Source: Utricularia gibba
Lineage: Eukaryota; Plantae; Magnoliophyta
Direction of reading: 5' to 3'
Assembly: GCA_002189035.1 (NCBI GenBank)
Contig: NEEC01000026.1
Span: forward strand, 186,001-250,000
DNA length: 64,000 bases
The notes beneath the pieces are model-generated. The model had not been told where the DNA came from and searched no databases. It saw only the letters and a program-made list of their open reading frames with translations. The translations under genes and the position numbers were made by a program. Positions 1 through 14,500 of the stretch are shown one piece after another; position 1 is the first letter of the stretch, and the number at the start of each line of letters is the position of its first letter.

Positions 1-1280
1 ATTTCATGTGGGCGTGGGGCTGGGCTATCCAATGCAATGCAATGCAGCTGTCGGGTCGGGCGTATGGTGGGAAAAGCCTGGAGAACTAACTAACCAACTG
101 CAACAGTAACTGCTCTGCCAGGGGAAGCGGGTGCGGGGGCGCCTACTGGACTTGTAAAATTCTTCCTAATTTGAAAAATTAATCTAATACTGAATATGAT
201 TTGAATATATTGGAATACGATATGATAGGGCGGGCTTACTCCCGGTCACATGGGAATGGACCGAGCGGTTGGCCATCTGCTCACTCTTTTACACACGCAC
301 ACACGTTCAATTGCAGCACGGCAAATTTAATTAGAGATCAGAGGTAAATAATTTTTTTTTTGCATTTTCATGATAGTATGAATTCTAAAGTCACGTTTGG
401 TTGATATATAGAATGCTAAATCGATTTTATTTTATTTGAATTTAGATAAATATATTTTATATTAAATTGATATGTATAATTTATTTATATTTAAAATAAA
501 AACACATATGGTATGTGAATATAAAAATTAGCTATTTGATAATTTATATATAAAATTATGAATATATCTTTCACTTAAAAAATACTCAATTCCTTTTATT
601 TAATTTTTCCTTCACCTCTCACCTACCCCATTTCTTCCCTTGTGTTGTGTGATGGCACTATCTATTTTTTTGACAATACTAAGGTAAGTAAGAGCTTTGG
701 TTCATGGGTTATGCTTTGAGTGATTTGGATTTTAAATCACTCATTGTAGGATAATTGAACTGTATGTTGTTGATCCCTAAAGTACATTTTTCCTGCTTTG
801 TTTCCTTCATTGTAGGACAATAGAGATGCTTAACTCAATGGCTATGAAAGAATGTAGCAAAAAAAACCAAATGAAATTAGAAGTCTAAAGAGAAGAAGTA
901 TCTGTTATAGGACTTGAAGCAAATATTGAAAAATAATTGAAAGACCAAGAGCGGATTCAGAGGTAGAGATTATCTAGTGTTGCAATCAACTGAAAATCTT
1001 ATCATTGTTGGCTTTAAGTCTTGGTTGTGCCATCATAAAATCTGATGCACACCCCTCTGCATGTATGGTCTACTGCATTCAGCTCATTTAATGTTTTTTT
1101 ATATTATATCATAGTAAAATTAATTTGGGTTGTAGTAAAGAATCTTCTCAACTTGAATGCTTCACTTACTCTCTTTCGGTTCCTCCTAATAGCCCTCTTG
1201 ATTTCAGAATAGAAATCAAAATCAACTTTATAAGAAGAACACAAATGAATCAAATGAAACACACAACAATTAAATACTAT

Positions 1281-1301
1281 TCCCCGGCAGCGGCAGCAAT
1301 T
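1281..1301 (-). promoter_or_regulatory. Primer-binding site (tRNA-Asp type) of an Athila-like element
   Basis: Minus strand reads AATTGCTGCCGCTGCCGGGGA directly after the LTR end; resembles the Athila PBS TTTTGGCGCCGTTGCCGGGGA. Confidence 0.7.
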
Positions 1302-2430
1302 TCATAAATGAAAAATTCACACTCATCATATAAAAGAAAATTTCATGTATTAAATAAATTTATAAACATAATTCACAATCAATCATAATATAATTATGAG
1401 CATAGTGGAATTAAGGTCAAACATAAGTAGTAGTGTATTTGTTGTGTGAGGTTGATACATTCTATTTTTATCACGATAAAGATTAAGTGTAAGCTATGAC
1501 TAATACAATTATATGATAAAGTGTCGCAATAAATGAGTAAAATAGATTTATACCTAAAAGGAAACAATGTGATGTCTTGAAACTTTTAGTAACAACATTC
1601 TCATGATCATTTCACTCCACCCAAAAATCATGCATCTAACCAACAAAACTTTAAATCTATCTAAATCTTTGTTTTTCCCTAATCTTTATACTACTTCTAG
1701 TTAAAGTTGACTTATGATAAATGTAACATAATTTTCTCTTTTTGGATCTATCTAGATTTGTTAAGAATATAATCTAATTATATGGCTAGCATGGTTTATA
1801 AAACAATGAGCATACTTGTCCCATACTCATGTAGAAGAAGAATAAAACTAATACATAAAACATCATCCACAATATGTTCAAGTCGCAATCTCATTAAAGA
1901 AAAAACATAAATAGTAATGAAAATGTAAAAGTTTCATGCAAAATACGATAACGTTTGAAGTTTACTTTCAACTAGAATTAACATTCCTGAATAGAAGAAG
2001 TTCTCCAAAGATCAACTGGGTTCTTCATTCTTCATTCTCTTTGTGGATCTGGAATTTTCTTCTAGAACCTCTCTCTAGATTGTGTTGTGTGTTGTTGGAA
2101 GTCTTGGATATTTTTTTCCATCCTCTATCTAGTCCAAATATCTACTTTTCATTTCTTTGGAATTTATTGCTTCTCTTTTCTTTCTTTTGTCTCAATTTTC
2201 TGCCACATCAACTATTCACTATCCTTGGGATTTGGGACTACTGAAAACGTGTTATAATGCTTAAAAAAAAGATTAAAATAAAGATTGGGCCTGAATCTAG
2301 GATTTAGTCTCAATCTTGATATACATAGACAATATCATAAAAATACAGAAATGACTAACAAAATCGTAATTTTTGTTGTATAATCTTAATCATTTTCTGG
2401 TCATGAAATACTAAAAACTATGTGTTATCA
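1302..2430 (-). mobile_element. Athila-like LTR, family A (about 1.13 kb)
   Basis: Starts TGATAACACA on minus at 2430 and ends ...TTTATGA at 1302. Homologous blocks to the LTR at 49663-50817 (e.g. TTATGAGCATAGTGGA..GGTCAAACA). Right flank CATTATGCTACAAC..CTAGACTTGTCCTCAA matches the pre-LTR internal sequence at 50818. Confidence 0.75.
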
Positions 2431-5400
2431 CATTATGCTACAACAATACTAGACTTGTCCTCAAATCCAAATTAAGACTATCAAGAGTTACACAGTTAAG
2501 GAATCTCACAACAATGGTGCGAATGCTTAACGTTTCAGCTAAAAAATGCAAGAATTAACAACGTACAAGTGTGCAGGTCGCGTGGTCACTCAAGCAAACA
2601 TAACGCATTCATGAAGTAAAGTGCTTCTGAAAATTAAATAACCAAATATGACACATTTTAACTACTAAAGGAATATTGGATGTTACCTTTCCTTTCTTTC
2701 GTTGTTCTTTTTTTTCTACAAAAATTGAGATTAGAGAAGCCTCATTGTTGCTCTCCCTTCTTATATGTGGAGTATGGTTCAAATATTTATCTCCTTATTC
2801 CTCCTAGGTACTCTCTATTCCTTTGAGTTATTTTTTTTTTTCTATAATTAATTTCTAAAAATACAAATTTACGTATCCATATGACTTATAAGTCCACAAA
2901 AAAAAATATGAAAAATAAGTAATTGATCACAACAATGACATCTAGAAGTTTGTCTCTAATTATTCATAATACATCTATAGTAGTCTCACAAAAATGCCCC
3001 TCATGTATGGTAGGCTGATCTATTCGAAACAATGTGAACATCAAGTAACCCTTTAAGAAAAATACGTATTTTTTCACCTATTTTTAGTGATGCATAATCC
3101 CTATCGGTGTGTGTATAAAGTGTCAAAAAATTGATATTTTTTTCTTAAGATAAGCAAGGTTGGCTTTTTGATATAACATAGTTGGAAATAATAAGAATTA
3201 TTCATTATATTCCCAATTAACTTGTAAGAAGAATCGTCAATTTAAAAAGTTTATTGTGACAATCATACCTAATATTCAATCTATTTTTCACTTAGCACAC
3301 ATGACTCAACTGCTCCAAATAATATATTGTTAGCATTGTTGTGAATATCTAAAGTTGTATACGTAGTCATCGATTGGTCCCATATGAAAATTAATTTATT
3401 GAAAGACTAATTGAGTGATTACCTACAATTGATCCTTACAAATGATAACATATAAATTTTAAATGAGAAAAAAGATAATTACAAACTTTAACTATCACGA
3501 GATGACGAAATACCAATATCAAAGATTAACACCACCAAATAAATTCAATGGCATATGAACATAAATACGTTGTATGCATAAAAGATAAAATCCAACACCA
3601 CACATGAATTCTTAATATGCAAATGTATATAAAAAAAAAACAAAAATATGTGATGTTCTAATCATGTAAGTATCTAATTAGTCATATAGATGTTTGTAAG
3701 AAGAGTTTTCTGATCTTGATGATCTAAACTTGTATACTATGTCTGTGAACACACCCATTCACATCTTGTGTCACCTCAAGGTTATATCGAGGCTCCTTGT
3801 TCTCTTTCATTGGAAAAGTAATTCTATCTTATGGGGTCACATGTGCATTGTGGTTGTCCTTGTCTACATTATTAACCTCTCATGTTCTTTTCATTGTTAA
3901 TCGTATTCGTATCATTCTTATGTGTTTTTGGACTCTTCAATATACTACACCAACAGAATTTTGTTTTTAGTGCATCCACAAATGACAGTACAATATCACT
4001 AAAATTTCTTTTCATGCTTAAAATAAGATACATGAGGTCTTGAGTGTCACTTCTACTCAAAGTATTATATCCTATAATAAAAAAAGAAAGAAAAATTATG
4101 ACATATTTTCTATCATATTACTCATAAATGTACCTTTGAACTTATCTACTTCATTGGTATAATTAGCTCTATTGGAGGATAGTTACAAATGAAAGTGATA
4201 TACCATTCTTCAAATTCTCTCTTCACCTTTTTGATTAGTACCACAATTCTTTTTTCCTTGAACGTATAGTGGAAAGTATATCAAGTACAAATACTCACAA
4301 AAGTCATCACATATGCAATAGACCTTGGAGTCAAATGAGAAAATGATATCTCTAATCATTCTAATAATTCTACTTCAAATGAAAACAATGGCAATCGTAA
4401 TTTACAACGGAGATGCTCTGTCACGACCAACTTTTAGAGCTTGAGAAAGATGAGTCATGACCACCAAATCCTAGCTAAAAACTAGAACTCAAGGGTTTTC
4501 CATAATGTGATCCATTGATAGAAAAATGGATAAATACGTACGTAAATAGGACATAAGGTTTAATCCAAGTGTTTTTTGTCTCATGTAATTCATAATCATA
4601 TAGATTCAAAACATAACATACATTGCATACATTACTATGCATATTCCATATTTGCCAATCCTAACAAACATGATACACTACTATGCATACGTCCATACGA
4701 CTCGGAACAACTTGGTTGATCACTAAATCTCTACTAGCTCGCTTCATCAACTAAAATAAATTAAAGAGTGGCCATGTTTATGGGTTTTGAAACAAGTCAA
4801 AACTATAAAAAATATTATGAGTTCCTATAACTTATGTGTGCACTATTTTCATGTCGTGTTTTTAATGTCCAAGGTATTCAAATGCTTTCATCATCTGATT
4901 TACGTGCTCTATTACATGCTTTACTTTAGAAACCAGTGAAAGTTATTTATCGATATAATTTAGAGTAGAAACCCACTTCTAGAAACCTCTATGTTTAATC
5001 CAACTTATGCATAGCACCAACAACTAAAAATCGTTTGCTCTCTTTGGATCGATCTTGACTTATTGCTACTACATTAATTTTTTTTAAGAATGAAATATGG
5101 TTTTTTTTTTAGTTTACAATTTACTCTTAATGGGAAAAACCTTAAGACTTGCGACATCTATAGAATTTTTTATCCATCGCTCACCTTTCGTTTCACTTTT
5201 CCAAATCAACTTATCCTCCTCACTTTTTCCAAACCATCATATATGCCCCTTTGCATCCTTATCATGTATATAATATGAACATGTGACATATATGCAATAT
5301 GAACTTTTAGCACCATTTCATGGCTACATTTCGACACATCTGATTGGGCGAGTTAGTATGAAGTAGAAAAAGGTTAAAAGCTAAAACTCAAAGTCATTAA

Positions 5401-8199
5401 AACTTGAACTCTCACATTCTCTACCCTTATTGCAAATCCTATTGAACCCACGTGGCTTGGGAGTTCATCATGAATCATCTCATTGAGTTCTTTATCCCAA
5501 ATTTCATAATTGTCTGGTATTAAGAAATGAATTTTTATTTTATCTTAAATTTGGATCTAAAAAACCCATAAACACCTTATGAGCCATTGAATTACAACAA
5601 CTGCACATGATTACTTTAATTTCGAACACAATTTAGGAGATATGCCTCGCGAATATAAGAGTTTCTCTATTTGATTACCGAATATTGAAAGTGGGAGAAA
5701 TGGCCACTCGACTTGTTTCAAATTGATGAAATAGTTAAGTTGATAAATTTTTGTTAGGTATTCAAGGTTATTTTAATAATAGAGAGTGTGGACCTATTAA
5801 TTACATAATTATCCTTAAATTAAATATTCTAAGTTATTAGGATACTAATTTAAATTAATGATAGATAATTATAAACATAGTATGTAAATAGAAACCAAAA
5901 TAATTCATAAATATAAATTTACTTTGAAGACATAAAACTTGGGTTCGAATTTGGAACCAAATTTGACATCGAACTGAGATTTGTTAATCATTGTTTTGAT
6001 GAAACCGATCACTTTAGAACCAAAACCCAATAGTTCAAAACTGGTCACAACACTAATTCATAGGTATGGTCAAAGTTACTAACCAACACCAAATCGAGAA
6101 GTTACCAATTGTGAATATGAGAATAGGATTCAGTGGAAGTTTAATTTAGCCACAATTTTACTATCACTCTATTCAACTAGGATATATGGATCAATTGAGT
6201 TATTGTAAATCATTGAAAAATCCTATAATGCTAGATCATTCCTATGGATATTGATCAAATATTTTAAATAATACATTTGAAATTGTTGGAATAAATAATA
6301 TTGCATTCAATGCACTCCCATTTTGCTTGAATGGGTAATAATATGATTTTAATTATAGAAAATAATCATACACCACTCGATCGTTCATTTGATTTACATC
6401 AAATGGACAATTTTAAAAATTTAACAAATAACATGTAATAACATGCTACACTCAACCAAAGACAATGTATATTCAATGCCTAATAATTGAAATGATATAA
6501 CCTCATGTTCATCAACTCTAGTAGGTATTTCATAATTGAAAATGGTATATAACTCATAATATAATTTAGTACAATAAAAAAATAATTTCAAAAAGTGCTA
6601 ATAAATGTGTAAGCTTGAGTTTCTCACTAATGCATGTAAAGATTGATAGTCTAAAGTAGTGTTCCGGAATATTTCTGAATACTATTTTTATTTTTGAAAT
6701 AACAAAAATAATTTTTGCACGGAACACAATTAATTTCTAGTTTTAATTATAGTAGAAATATTTCTAAAATCAAGTTATATGAACAGTAAAAATTAAAAGT
6801 AACAACATTCCTACTTCTATAAATTATTTCTATTTCTACTTTATATTTTTTGGGAAGTAGAAATAGTCCGGAGAAATATTTTGAAACACTACTTAAATTA
6901 ATTGAGTAATTTCTTTATCAAACAATTTCTTCTTGCTTCTCAATTCAATTGCTAATATATTCAATTGTGGATTCACTAAAGAATGAGAATGCAACTTTCT
7001 AGATTTATTCACAATTTCCCCCACTCGGGCAATCCATTTGTTACTTGTTTTTCAATATTTACTCCTTGAATTAATACCTTCTCTTTTGTTTTCTCTCTTT
7101 CCTTGCATGCTGCTTTACTCATTTCTTTCAAAGGTGGCTCTTGACAGATGGAAAATTTTATAAATGTTACAAATGTAAAGGCTTTTACCATCAAAAGTAA
7201 TTTATAAACTAAACAAACAAACCACATTTCATTCACAAAGAAATTAATGTAGAAGCAATAAGTCCATGTCTATACACAGATAACAAACGGTTTTTACTTG
7301 TTGATCCTATGTGTAAGCTAGATTAAAAGAGGGGTTTCTGAAAGTGAGTTTATACTCTAACTTAAATCGATAAGAGACTTCTAATGGTCCCTAAACAAAA
7401 ATCAGATAATAGAGTTCGTAAATCAGATGATGAAAGCATTTAAACACGTTGAACAATGAAAACATTTAACATAAATAGTGTGCACATTCATGAAATATGA
7501 TGCAAGAAATAAGATTTGCGAGAAAAATAAAATGTTTTTTCGAATCTTCAGTTCTCATGGTCTCCATGTTTTCTTCTTTTCAAACTATAGGTTTCCAAGT
7601 CTACTTGTCTTTCATTCAAGTCTCAGATGCACTTCTGGACGTTGGAGATTAGTTCCACTATCACACTGAAACACCTCTTCCTTCGTCTTTTATTCCACTC
7701 TAATAATCGAAATGCTCTTGGTTTTGTAATAGAAGAATCCTCAAGCCAAAAAAACAAGTCTCCCAAGCAAAGCTGCATGTTAGGTTGTTCGGGTGTTTGG
7801 GGTGTAGGTTCGACAAATATTATGGAGAGCAAGGAATGCCCCTATACTCATAACAATTTCACATACTAGACAAATTATGCGGCCCAATCCAAAATGAGCC
7901 ACACTTACATGGGATTTGAACAGTAAAACCACATTGTACTTGGACTAAAGGAAAATGGCTCAAATCACATTTTTACCGAAAAGAATTTGAGCATTGCACA
8001 TTTTAACATTTTTTCTATTCAAATATACATAATCCTAACATTCTAATACTGAAGTTGACTCAAATACGTTGAAATATGGTGCAACATCACCCTTTTTTGC
8101 CTGATAATTCCTTTGATATGGTGTTTTGAGCAATTTCTTCTATGGAATATTTCCATAAGGTTCGCCTAGACGCTAGCTTGTTGCATAGGTGATGTTGAG

Positions 8200-8950
8200 G
8201 TTGAGTGAGTTGTTATTGCTAATTCTGGTGTAACATATGCTTATTCAATGTGTTGTCATTCTTCCAACTCAAATTGGGATGTTTAGAAGCATAATGCCAT
8301 GGTGGATGCCATCCTCCATGACTTTATGTGGATCTCATTATGTTTACTTCTACACTTTCTTCCATCAAAGTGCATCTTTCTATTATATATCTTGGTACAC
8401 ACCATACCTTGCATGGGATCATCTTTGATTGAACTCACTTATCTTCTTATCCTCTTATCCTCTAGCTCACTCATCTTCATAGTCTGGTGCCCTTGATGCA
8501 TCTTCCTATGTGATATCAAGCTTCCTCCAACAGAGCTAACCTTGTAGTAAACATTCATGTGGCATCGAGCTTACTCCAATAGAGCTTACCATGGGTAAAG
8601 GTGATTGTCCTTATGCTCCCTCTTGCAATGCCATCTAAATGAGTCGGCATGGATGACATTAATCCTTCTAGAAGAAATTTAACTAAGATATGCTATTCAT
8701 ATCTTTGATGGAGAAAACTAACAAGCAGCTTGTTGAATTGTAATAATATTTATGAAATGAGTCTCTCATTAATTGGTATATATGGTCAATTCTTTTTCTC
8801 AGCTCCTTGACCTTAGTAAATGAAAAATACTTTAATAAACCATTCTTTTGCATCTCCTTCAAGAATAAATCAAAAACTCTTAAAAGCATGCTATTTTTAG
8901 TAATTTCCTTAGGTCTTACAATAGCACCTATTGAGATGCATGTACACAAC
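8200..8950 (-). mobile_element. Degenerate Ty3/gypsy gag remnant
   Basis: Minus-strand fragments HPNLSWKNDN (cf. YNPGWRDHPNFRW in the family-A gag) and MLLRVFDLFLK (cf. retrotrans_gag IRLRLFPFSL); many stops. Confidence 0.45.
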
Positions 8951-10599
8951 TATTAATGTGCATCCTCTTTACTATTTTCATAAAATTTTTTATAAAGATA
9001 AATTGTCCCAAGTCAATGCACAAATACAACATCTTCTTCAAAAAAAAATGATGTAGATCACATGAAAAGAATAATATGGGATTTTATATCACTTATATCT
9101 ATAATTTTTATAACTCTATATGGTTGGTTTTGCACCTCTTTTATTTATGTTTTTCTGTAATTTTAGATACATTTTGTATCTTTTGTATCAATTTGATTTT
9201 TTTTGAATAGAAAATACGTTTTATGATTTTTCAGAATAATTTTGACCTAAATTAAACAAAATTAGAATGGTGCGGGTGGAGAATTTGGCTCATCTAGAAA
9301 GCTTAGCAAATCACCACCCTGAAGGCATGAGTATGAAATTGTTGGAGAGAACGAGTTTCCTTGAGTCAATATAGGAGTCTAGAGATGAGTCCAACATCTT
9401 TTGATTCATTTCTCTTCATTTTTCATCAGTTTTCATATGCTAGAGTCGAGCATGAGCATGTAGGTGCTATCGGCTAAACATTTGTGGTAAAGCCTGTTTG
9501 TGCAAGTGCTGTGCGTGTGACTTTTTGACCATGTTATTCAATATTTAATTTGAGATTTATTTATTTATTTTTTTGCTATGTTTTCTTTCTCAAGATACTC
9601 TTGAGTACCAATAACCTTAATAGAATGTGAAAGAATCTTGGATTGGCCTCAATCACCTAAGGATAAGGCCTCAATCATATATTGTGGGTAAGACACATTC
9701 TATCTAATATATCTATGAGATGTGAAGTGTAGAAGTTGGAATTGAGTATAGGGAAAATGTGGGTTATCACAAGAAATAAAAATGGTTGTGTTGGCGTGAT
9801 GGATTTTATAATCTTACTAAGTGAGAGATTGTACTATAATGGTTACCAAATAGTATTATTCTAGAATAATGCACCAAGAACTTTTTCTAACAATTTAGTT
9901 ATGAAGGTTTACACACATACGCATGTGCATGTTTTAACAAGATGGAACTTAGATCAAAGGTTACTTTTCTATATTGTTTTTAAACTAGTCTTTTGCTTTA
10001 AAGAAAATATTTAAATAATTAATTCCTTTTAGAGATGATTTTATTTATTACTTCAATAGTTTTTGTACACTTACAGAATTAACATCATTCTGGTTCAAAT
10101 ATAAATGAGAATATGCAAGCCATGAAGTAAGATAGCATTATAATAAGAATGTAACAAAAATTCTGAAAATAATTATGTTGATTCATCTAGGGAAGATGAA
10201 CATCACCAATACTCATCTCACTCTTTCATAGTTCCCACATTGTCATAGCTTCACCCTTTGTCATATAGAATGAAAATCATGTTGTTTTCCCCACCTTCTC
10301 ACTAGAAGTTTACTTGTTCTTCATGTCCTTCATTTTTCTTTGTGCAAATTACCAAAAAATATCTTACCTTCATGAGAGCTTCCCCAAACTATCACTAGCC
10401 GACCTACCTATTTCGGGCTAACCCTGTTTTTCTTGTTTTTATCTCCAATTTCAGTTTCCTATTAGAACTTATATTTTTTACTTTGCTCTTGTTCTAAGAA
10501 AGTCTCACATACGAGTTAAATCACATTATTCAATTGATGAACGTTGGAGCTTGTTGCTATATGTAATAGTCTAGCACATTCAACGTATGAAAAAGAATT

Positions 10600-13500
10600 T
10601 ATAAACCAACCTATAACTCTACATTCAATGCATCAATAGAAATGTTGTGATCAAGCAAAGGTCAAATCTACAGGAAATGGTTGTAATTTCTCGAAGTCTT
10701 TTACCTTTGCTGAAAACTAGGGGGATTTAGTAGTTCAGTTCTTATGCACATAGGACATAAAATAACAGTAATTGAAATACACAAATTGTAGAGGTGAATG
10801 GGAACAGAAAATAATAGGAATGCATAGAAAACATAAAGTGCAGGTGATTTGATTGGGTTTTACAACAACATTTAGTTCTTGTGTCACTCAAGAGAGTACT
10901 TACGCTGAAACTCAGCTTCATCACATCAGAGAATAGAGTAATGGATTGTGGAAACAATAGTCATATTGAACTCAAGAACTAAATGTTGATGTATTCAAAT
11001 AGGAACAGATTCATTGTCTAAAATAATATCCATAAAAAGTTTCTTATTCAAAACTAAGCATCATAATAGTTAGGAAAGCAGAGAAAAATACAAAAATGCG
11101 AGAACAAGTTCAACATTCGAAATAGAAGTGCAGAAAAAAACAATGTTGAGCGATTGTTGTGTGTCGTAGATCTGCTAGATCTATAGATTTTGGACGAAAC
11201 TGTTTGCCATAGATCTACCATTCTTCTTGCTTTACGCTACTCCCTTGTTCACTTTGTTCTCTCTGCTCCTTTCTCTTTTCTTATTCCATTCAAAAAAGAG
11301 CATCTCTATCTTTTTCTTTGGATTTCTAGAAGGAAGATCTCTGCATCATATCGTATGTTTTCAAAGGATAGTTACTTTCAACTAAAAACCACTTTTTCAT
11401 AGTTTTTCTATCCCTTTTGAATTATCAGCACAAAAGGTATGTTGTCAATACTAGCTCTTGCCATGTAAAGACTTAGAAAATACACTAGAAGGAAACATTC
11501 ATTTTTTCAACTCAATTGTTGCAAATTAAGTCTATTTTCACAATAAACACATTATTGCGAACTAAATGTATGAAAGAAAACAATTACACATATGAAACAA
11601 CATTTTATCACGTAAAACAATCTTAAAACACATAAAAATAGAATAAAACGGTGTTATCACCAAGCCAAATGTGCTTGACCTATATAGACTTACTTTGATA
11701 TCATACTAATCTAATTCAAGTTTTCTTTATGAAAAATTTGACCCAACACATTTTGGGCTACTTTCACTCTAATTCTCGTTTTTCTACTCATATTATGACT
11801 AAAAAAAACATAAAACCATCAAAATGAAGCATAGTATCATAAGTAGCACATCACTAGAGAGCTCATCAATGGTATGCTGGTACAATTGCCTACCATATAA
11901 CACTTTACCATATTGAAAATGATTAGTTCCAATCCTATGAGGTTAGGTTATTTTATTGCATGAACTTATTGTGAGAGAGAACTTATTGCCTCTGATCCTT
12001 GGCCTTGACACATTTGTGATGTATTTTTTTATTTGCAAACTAGATGAATTTTGCAAAGGGTTGAATGTCCTTCTTTTGACGTGTATGTGTACTTGTTATC
12101 TTATAGTCTGAATATTTAGATTGCAATTTATTATACGATGCATCTAATGATCAAAATACCCTCAAGTGAAAGGAGTTACATTATAGATGTATGCAATATT
12201 AAAATTTGTTTACTATGAAATTCTACAATGCATGAGCACTATGTTAGATGTTATATGGTGCTCATGAGTTATTGTAGGACGCATTACATACCAGCGAATG
12301 TGGTGTTAAGCCTTGATGAACCACCGAGTACAGTTTACAATGCTTCCCACAATGCGTAGGATAGCATGACATAAAATAACATTAGTTGCTTTTTTAAGGA
12401 ACAATACTGCATGTTGAAAAATGCATTGCTTTGTTGAGTTGCATTGAGACATACTTGATGATAAATGATCCTTTTAGAGATAGATAATTCATGCACCAAA
12501 ATAGTTTCTAATATATTGTTTCAAGTAATATCCATATGGAATAAGCTATGACTAGTTAGAAAACCATTACCTTATAAGGCTACCACAATAGATGCTACTT
12601 GTTTATCAAATGTTATCCTACTTGATGTCAGTCAATGCTTGTTGATACTTCCATCTCATCAACTAACATTTGCAAGAAGGTTTTTATATTACCTCCTCAA
12701 AGCAGTGAACAATAATTGACTATGGTGTACTTGTAGGTGGTTGGTATTATGACAATCTTGAGTTATCGCATGAAAATAAATCATACAAGTGTCGTAAAAA
12801 GGTGTTGAGTTATTAACCTGGTTAGTGAGAGACTTGGACAATGCATCATCAATGAGTAGGATATTGAGGCAATAGCATTTTTGCATAAAGTCTGTGTTGA
12901 CACATCGAACATGATTTCTTGATGTTCATTTTGAGTTTAACCATATTATTCTTAATATCATATAGGGATAAATTGATATCATCTATCTTGGATTCATTCT
13001 ATTGGAAGACAAGCTTGCAAGTAGCTTGAGATCTTAATTACTATTGGACAATGATGTGCAATTGTTTCCTATAATGCATTATTGTAAAAAAAAAAAAGGA
13101 CAATAGGATTGTATGTAATTGACATATGATAGTTGTAGTGCTCGACTCAAAATTGCATCATTTCTCTTGGCCTTGACCGAAGGTACACTAGAATAAGAGT
13201 TTACCCAACAAAAGAATTGTTGGGAGTGATATCAAACTTTTAACAACTACATGTGTATATGTTGCCTAGAATTAAAAAAATTACAATACTATTTCATTCA
13301 TAAACTATGGCATTTGACCTTAGTATTGTCCACTTCACATCTCGATCATTTACAATGTCTGCTAACACATCATTCATATCGAATATTAATAACATCCTTG
13401 TAGCAAGTGTGTCCTTCATTGATGGTCCATCATAAAGCTACCTGTAGAATTTAAAAGCATGCACATAGTTTATCGCAAATCCATGTCTACAAAAACATTG

Positions 13501-14500
13501 AGTTGATAGTCAAAGATCAAATATGAAGCTTGTCTATTGGGTGATCATATATGGGGTGCTACTCAAAAGGATATGATAAAAGAGATGAGTGAAAGAGTGC
13601 ACTTAATGTACTCTCTTTAGAAAAAATGAAGTTTTAAATGCCATCATAATAGCATTGCATGGTCTATGCAAATTCTTGCAAGTTATTCGAAGCACCTAAT
13701 CAAATTGAACAAAACGTTGTGCTTCTTGTAAGTAATTTCCAACATAAGTGTGAAATCCCAACAATCATAGAATGTAGTTTTTAAATGAATGCATAATCCA
13801 TATAACCTGAACCAAGCACCAAATACGTACGCATACGATTCTTGAATGAGATTTCACTACTTGTGCATTTGGCCAAGCACCAAATACGTACGCATACGAT
13901 TCTTGAATGAGATTTCACTACTTGTGCATTTGGCCAAGCACTGAATCATCAACCATCCGATGTTTTTACATGATACATAGATATCCACAAGGTAGTCCTA
14001 TAATGAGGAAGTATGTAATGTATTTAGTCAACTCATGAAAATGCAAATTTTCATGCATGCAAACCAACAACCATGTAATTAGATACGAATGTCTATATAA
14101 TAACCACATTCCACTAGCATTGCCTATGAGTTGCGAGTCATTATCATCATGCAAACATTTCACGATTGGTTTGAGTCAAGAACAACTATGTTGTCATATA
14201 TGACACTATTACCTTCAGCTTTATTTTAGAAATCCAATAGCATCTCATCTTTGATAGGATCGACAATTATTTTCAGGTAGAACATCATAGCATGTTCCAC
14301 CACATCTTTATTAAACCCCATGCTTATTCAGTGACATTTTTGGTTGATGTGTGCCACATAAGAACTCTTTGGCATTATGGGGAACCTGACTTCCTTATCT
14401 CCAATCTTTCACATGATAATGCGCATCTCTATATGGTGCTAAGAACCCTTACCTATTAACATATTCATCATATAGATAGTAATTTATTGTATAATCACAT
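10600..14500 (-). mobile_element. Highly degenerate Ty3/gypsy remnant (LTR-like start at 11659, pol-like traces to its right)
   Basis: Minus strand begins TGATAACAC at 11659; integrase-like trace (KVLYGRQ) near 11900. Boundaries approximate and homology weak. Confidence 0.3.
13812..13941. repeat. Perfect 61-bp tandem duplication (2.1 copies)
   Basis: CCAAGCACCAAATACG...GTGCATTTGG starts at 13812 and 13873; a third CCAAGCAC at 13934. Confidence 0.95.

Noticed and set aside
1-340. GC-rich start of the window
   Set aside because: Possibly the promoter of a gene outside the window; nothing can be assigned.
5941-5960. GGTTCGAAT B-box-like motif
   Set aside because: No A-box or tRNA-like context.
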